Assembly: GCA_963841915.1 (NCBI GenBank)
Contig: CAWJEN010000006.1
Location: 1,216,001 to 1,280,000 of the forward strand
Direction of reading: 5' to 3'
DNA: 64,000 nucleotides
Source of the DNA: an uncultured Planctomycetota bacterium
GTDB taxonomy: Bacteria > Planctomycetota > Phycisphaerae > Tepidisphaerales > Tepidisphaeraceae
Position numbers and translations under genes: made by a program. Each line of letters starts with the position of its first letter. The first letter of the stretch is position 1. Shown here piece by piece: positions 59,853 through 64,000 of this stretch. Below the pieces are notes generated by a model. The model had not been told where the DNA came from and searched no databases. It was given only the letters and a program-made list of their open reading frames with translations.

Positions 59853-61307
59853 TCATGTCAGCCCGACGCGGTCGAACTGCTCCGGCGGAGCGTCGGCGGC
59901 TTGCATCAGCACGTTCATCTGACCCGCCAATTCAGCCTCCAAAGCAGTATCCGTCAAAGGATTTTCCTGCGACGGATCTTCTTCAAGATCGTAAAGCAGC
60001 GTGGTCGCATATTGCTTCGGTGTCTGGCCCCATGGAAAGCAAAGCGGCCGGGCACCGCACGAGTCGGCCAACGGCTCATCGGCCTGTGTTGCGGCAATGA
60101 GTTTGTCAACGCCGAACGGGCTCCGCATGCTGCTGGGCATGACGGTGTAAGCCGTCGCCTCACCTGTCCCGCCGAGGTAGTAGGCGTGGCGGTCGGTGAC
60201 GAGGTTCACGTGCGCGTTGAAGTAGCCGAACAAGGCCGCATCGCGCGTGGCGGCGTCGTCGGTCAGATCGAGGCCCAGCACCGTGTCGGGCGGTGTTGTG
60301 CCAAAGTACCCGTGGAGCGTCGGGCACAAGTCGATCGCCGGCTGCACAAGCTTGTTGTTTCGCGTGCCCGCTTGCTCGGGTCGTCTCGGATCGCTCACGA
60401 ACAACGGCGTGTGGCTGACCTGCTCGTAGAGCGGCATGACCCCTTTCATCATTTGCCCGTGCTCACCCAGCATGATGCCGTGGTCGGTCATGACGACCAG
60501 CATCGTGTCGTCCCACAGGTTGTGCCGGTCGAACGCGTCGAGCACCTTGCCGAGGCTTGCGTCGCACTTGGCGAGTAGGGCCGCGTAGCGACGACGGGCC
60601 TGCTGGACGAGCGCGTCTTCGGGTGCGTCGCCATATTCGGGCCAGTCGTAGAGCGGCGTTTCACGCTCGCCGTCGGGGCCGGGAAACAGGTCGCTCCACA
60701 GCGGGTCAGTGGTGAAGGGTTCGTGCGGGTCGAAGCACTCGATCTGTAGAAGCCATCGATCCTGATCGTGGTTGCGATGGAGGAAGTCAATGCCGGCAGC
60801 GAACGTCTTCGTCTGCGGGTAGTCGGCATCGTCGCGAATGTGCCGGCGGTTGACCCAGTCGCTGCGACGGCCCTTGCCATTGACGTGGTGCGGCACCTCG
60901 GGATCTGCCACCTGGCCGACGCATAGGTCGCCCTCCTGGCCGCGGAACAACTCCCACGAATCGTAGCGGCCGTGGTAGTTGGCTCCGCCATCTTCGAAGT
61001 AGTGGTAGTGGTCTGTGACGAGGTGGCTGTAGATGTCGGCCTGCTCGCGAAGGTCTGCAAAGACGCTCCTGTCCCACGGCTCCAGCGGGCCCCAGGATCG
61101 CCGCAGAAAACCTGGACGACCGGTGTGCAGATCGCGGCGGGCTGGCATGCAAGGCATGCTGGCGACGTAACTGCGGTCGTAGGTGCGTGCCTGCCGGGCC
61201 AGGCGGGCGAAATTGGGTGTGTGGGTCCATGTCGCGCCGTAAGGCGACAGGAAGTGCCGGTTGAGGCTGTCGAACATCACGATGACGGCTCGCTGGCGTT
61301 GGCTCAT
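59853..61307 (-). CDS. Formylglycine-dependent sulfatase (no signal peptide)
   Basis: MFDSLN, CMPAR (CxPxR), LHTGR, DPHEPF, TDHG..LGEH, LYDL..DP.QENPL. Confidence 0.92.
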   Translation of the reverse strand: MSQRQRAVIVMFDSLNRHFLSPYGATWTHTPNFARLARQARTYDRSYVASMPCMPARRDLHTGRPGFLRRSWGPLEPWDRSVFADLREQADIYSHLVTDHYHYFEDGGANYHGRYDSWELFRGQEGDLCVGQVADPEVPHHVNGKGRRSDWVNRRHIRDDADYPQTKTFAAGIDFLHRNHDQDRWLLQIECFDPHEPFTTDPLWSDLFPGPDGERETPLYDWPEYGDAPEDALVQQARRRYAALLAKCDASLGKVLDAFDRHNLWDDTMLVVMTDHGIMLGEHGQMMKGVMPLYEQVSHTPLFVSDPRRPEQAGTRNNKLVQPAIDLCPTLHGYFGTTPPDTVLGLDLTDDAATRDAALFGYFNAHVNLVTDRHAYYLGGTGEATAYTVMPSSMRSPFGVDKLIAATQADEPLADSCGARPLCFPWGQTPKQYATTLLYDLEEDPSQENPLTDTALEAELAGQMNVLMQAADAPPEQFDRVGLT

Positions 61308-61534
61308 CAACGTGGGGTAGCAGGCGATTGCGGGAAGAGCAATACCGGGATGAACCTTTGGGTGTTTGGGTGCAAAACCTGACGAATCGCACGATTTTGT
61401 TGGCGGTTATCGGTCGCTCGAGGAGGCGTCGCTCATGGGCTGGAGGGCGTCGGGTCGATTTGGAAGGCGTTGGGTCGTCGGGCCGCGCGTTGCGTGGCGG
61501 TCGCCGGCCCGTACGATGCTCGCCCGTCACCGCC

Positions 61535-62356
61535 ATGTCAGCTAAAGCCGCCGCCCGTCTCGTTTCGCCCGCTGCCGCCGCCCTTTTGGCGTGCTCGCTT
61601 TCCGCTTCGGCCCAGGATCTGACCGTGCGTCAGGAGACCGGCCCGACGCTCGAAGAGGCGATGCTGCAGCCCATCTACCTGCAGGCAGACGTCAGCGACG
61701 CCCAGCCGGGCCAGTCGGATGTCGGCACGATCGCCCGTGACCGCGTCACGCCGCCCTGGTACGCCCGTGGCGGCCTGCTCTTGCTCTTTCCGCAGGACGT
61801 GACCTTCAACGGCGTCACCACCGTCAACGTCGCCAGCGACGATCCGACCGACGAGGACGGTCGCGAAGACGTCGACGTCGACCAGGACGTCTCGCTCGGC
61901 TGGGGCGGCGGGCTCTACGCAGCCGTCGGTTACAGCTTCGCCCCCGACGCCCGTTTCAACCCGCGTGTCGAGGCCGAGTATCAGTTGCTCATCGACGACT
62001 ATCGCGATGCCAACGACGACGGCATCACCTGGAACAGCCTCGGCGTCAACGGCATCGTCGACTGGCGCGTCCGCGAGAACATGGCGCTCTACGCAGGCCT
62101 CGGTGCCGGCATCGCTTACCTCTCAACCGCCAACCCGCCCGTCACGCTGCCCTCCGGCGCCCTCTCGTCCGTCGGTAGCGACGACTCCTTCACCGTCTAC
62201 GGCCAGGCCCTGGGCGGGGCGTTGTTCCGCTTCAGCGACGACGTCGACATCGATCTGGGACTGAAGTACCAGTTGACGCAGCCGAGCCTCTTCGAGGGCG
62301 ACGCCAGCTTCGACAACGTTGTCTTCCACGTTGGCCTGCTGCTTCACCTGGAGTGA
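61535..62356 (+). CDS. Outer-membrane beta-barrel protein (opacity/OmpA-TM-like)
   Basis: Signal peptide; AAVGY, RVEAEY, YAGLGAGIAY, GQALGG, DLGLKY. Confidence 0.8.
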   Translation: MSAKAAARLVSPAAAALLACSLSASAQDLTVRQETGPTLEEAMLQPIYLQADVSDAQPGQSDVGTIARDRVTPPWYARGGLLLLFPQDVTFNGVTTVNVASDDPTDEDGREDVDVDQDVSLGWGGGLYAAVGYSFAPDARFNPRVEAEYQLLIDDYRDANDDGITWNSLGVNGIVDWRVRENMALYAGLGAGIAYLSTANPPVTLPSGALSSVGSDDSFTVYGQALGGALFRFSDDVDIDLGLKYQLTQPSLFEGDASFDNVVFHVGLLLHLE

Positions 62357-62439
62357 GAGACGAGGATCAAGCGGTGAAGCGTCGCGTTGCCGAGGTCACG
62401 CGGGACGTGGTATCTGTCTGACGACTACGGTGCCGGCCC

Positions 62440-62886
62440 ATGTCGAGCGTGTTCGAAGACGGCCAGCATTTGCGACTCGGACCCGGCATCTCGGTGCCGC
62501 TCGAGGCGTTGCGCGAGCAGGCGAGTCGCTCGAGCGGGCCCGGCGGGCAAAGTGTCAACAAGACGTCGAGCGCGGTCGAGCTGTGGGTCGAGGTCTCTGC
62601 CATTGAAGGACTTGACGAGGGGGCACAAGCCCGCCTGCGAAACCTGGCCGGGTCGAAGCTGACGAAGAACGACGAGATTCACGTCCGAAGCGAAGACGCT
62701 CGGAGCCAGCGGGACAACCGACAAACCTCGCGGGAGAAGCTGGCCGAGCTGGTCGCCCGCGCCCGCGTGCGGCCCAAAGTGCGCAGGAAGACGAAGCCGA
62801 GCCCCGGGGCCAAGCGGAGGCGGCTGGAGGCCAAGCGTCAGCAAGGCGAGAAGAAGCAACGGCGAGCCGACGATCGGGTGAAGTGA
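62440..62886 (+). CDS. arfB: Alternative ribosome-rescue factor B
   Basis: RSSGPGGQSVNKTSSAV, RSQ..NR, basic tail RRKTKPS...RRRL..K. Confidence 0.93.
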   Translation: MSSVFEDGQHLRLGPGISVPLEALREQASRSSGPGGQSVNKTSSAVELWVEVSAIEGLDEGAQARLRNLAGSKLTKNDEIHVRSEDARSQRDNRQTSREKLAELVARARVRPKVRRKTKPSPGAKRRRLEAKRQQGEKKQRRADDRVK

Positions 62887-62952
62887 GATCTCGACCGTCG
62901 AAGACGTTGCGTCGCATTGGGGAGCACGGCGTCATCCGGTATGGTCGACTGC

Positions 62953-63468
62953 GTGTCTGACACCACCGTCCGTCGTTGCGTCTTTCCGGGGCAGTTTGAT
63001 CCGATCACGAACGGACACCTCGACGTGATCCGCCGTGGGGCCGGACTGTTCGACGAAGTCATTGTCGGCGTCGGCGTGAATCCTGAGAAGAGTGAGCTGT
63101 TCGACCAGCACGAACGCCTCGCGATGGTCAGCGATGTGCTCACCGCAGCGGGCCTCGGGAACGTGCGTTTCGAGTCCTACACCGGCCTGACGGCCGACTT
63201 TGTGCGGCGGAAACAGGCAACGTGCCTGCTCCGCGGGATTCGCGACGTCACCGACCTTCGCTACGAGTTCCAGAGTGCACTGGCCAACCGCGCCGTCGGG
63301 GGCGTGGAGACGCTTTTTCTCATGACAGGTGACCAATATGCGCTGACAAGCAGCAGCCTGATTCGTCAAATTGTGACCCTCGGTGGCGACGTCGACACGC
63401 TGCGGAAGCTTGTTCCTGACGCCGTCGTGAGCCGGCTGCGGAGCCGTCAGGAGGCGTTGCACTTATGA
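62953..63468 (+). CDS. coaD: Phosphopantetheine adenylyltransferase
   Basis: FPGQFDPITNGHLD, RGIR..TDL.YE, ETLFL, SSSLIR. GTG 62953 chosen (ATG 62941 is an alternative). Confidence 0.96.
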   Translation: MSDTTVRRCVFPGQFDPITNGHLDVIRRGAGLFDEVIVGVGVNPEKSELFDQHERLAMVSDVLTAAGLGNVRFESYTGLTADFVRRKQATCLLRGIRDVTDLRYEFQSALANRAVGGVETLFLMTGDQYALTSSSLIRQIVTLGGDVDTLRKLVPDAVVSRLRSRQEALHL

Positions 63469-63548
63469 AGATGGTTGTTGAGCGGCCCGCAATGCCCGCT
63501 GAGCAGGCGACACCGAAACGGGTGACGGCAACTTAGGCACATCATCTC

Positions 63549-63576
63549 TTGACATAGATCGGCCATCCATTACACT
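63549..63576 (+). promoter_or_regulatory. Sigma70-type promoter
   Basis: TTGACA-N16-TACACT. Confidence 0.65.
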
Positions 63577-64000
63577 GAGGGTCGCCGCGGCAGGAACACC
63601 CGATCGAACCCTTCGACGCCTTCCTGACGCGGACCCGCCATCACTCGACCGTCCGGCCGAGTCTCAGAACGAACAGAAGGCCTGCACAGCAGGTCACATC
63701 ACGAATCTGAAGGCCTCAGATCGCTTGCAGCGATTTGCAGTGCTTTCTCATGACGGCGACGTTCGTCGTCATGCCCCACCGCCCGGCTGATAAGCCAACC
63801 TTCGCAAGCCACCTTCCGCCGACGCCTTCACCGTCACGCCACTATGCCGATTCGCCCATTTGCGATGTTGGCCGGCACACGACGACCCACAGGCATCATA
63901 ATCCTTGTTCATACCCCGTCTGGCCAATTGGCCGACGATGGGGTGCCGGCAAGGGCGACAAGCGAATGAGGCACAGACGCAAGGCGATGGGACCCGTTTC

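Overview
64 kb of GC-rich chromosome from a Planctomycetota, most likely Phycisphaerae/Tepidisphaerales-like (inferred from LEPRxLL-type signal motifs, dockerin-like tails, PEP-CTERM proteins and a Verrucomicrobia/Planctomycetes-restricted gene). Content is mostly housekeeping and metabolic genes (trpB, pyrF, sir, cysH, rho, mutS, sulP, GH2 beta-galactosidase, kdgK, eda, ppk1, acnA, purM, sulfatase, arfB, coaD, tRNA-Thr(CGT)), plus two bactofilins, a small glycosyltransferase cluster and large secreted proteins. I found no transposase, integrase, prophage or CRISPR array. Main non-obvious signals: (1) five canonical parS palindromes, four of them inside two copies of a ~275-280 bp twin-parS element (6043-6315 and, inverted, 34561-34842) that is conserved well beyond the parS sites; (2) a TAnnnT box 5-7 nt before the start codon of about 20 genes, suggesting pervasive leaderless mRNAs; (3) a highly uniform 'VSILDFAILRxNFG' dockerin-like tail on unrelated secreted proteins, including an apparently collapsed mini-gene; (4) a PEP-CTERM protein with two aspartic-protease DTG motifs; (5) a sigma70-like promoter followed by a hairpin-dense, apparently non-coding region at the right edge. 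Two single-base frameshifts (near 13435 and 31850) and one deletion-like junction (near 5165) may be assembly errors. All calls were made by eye; no searches were run.
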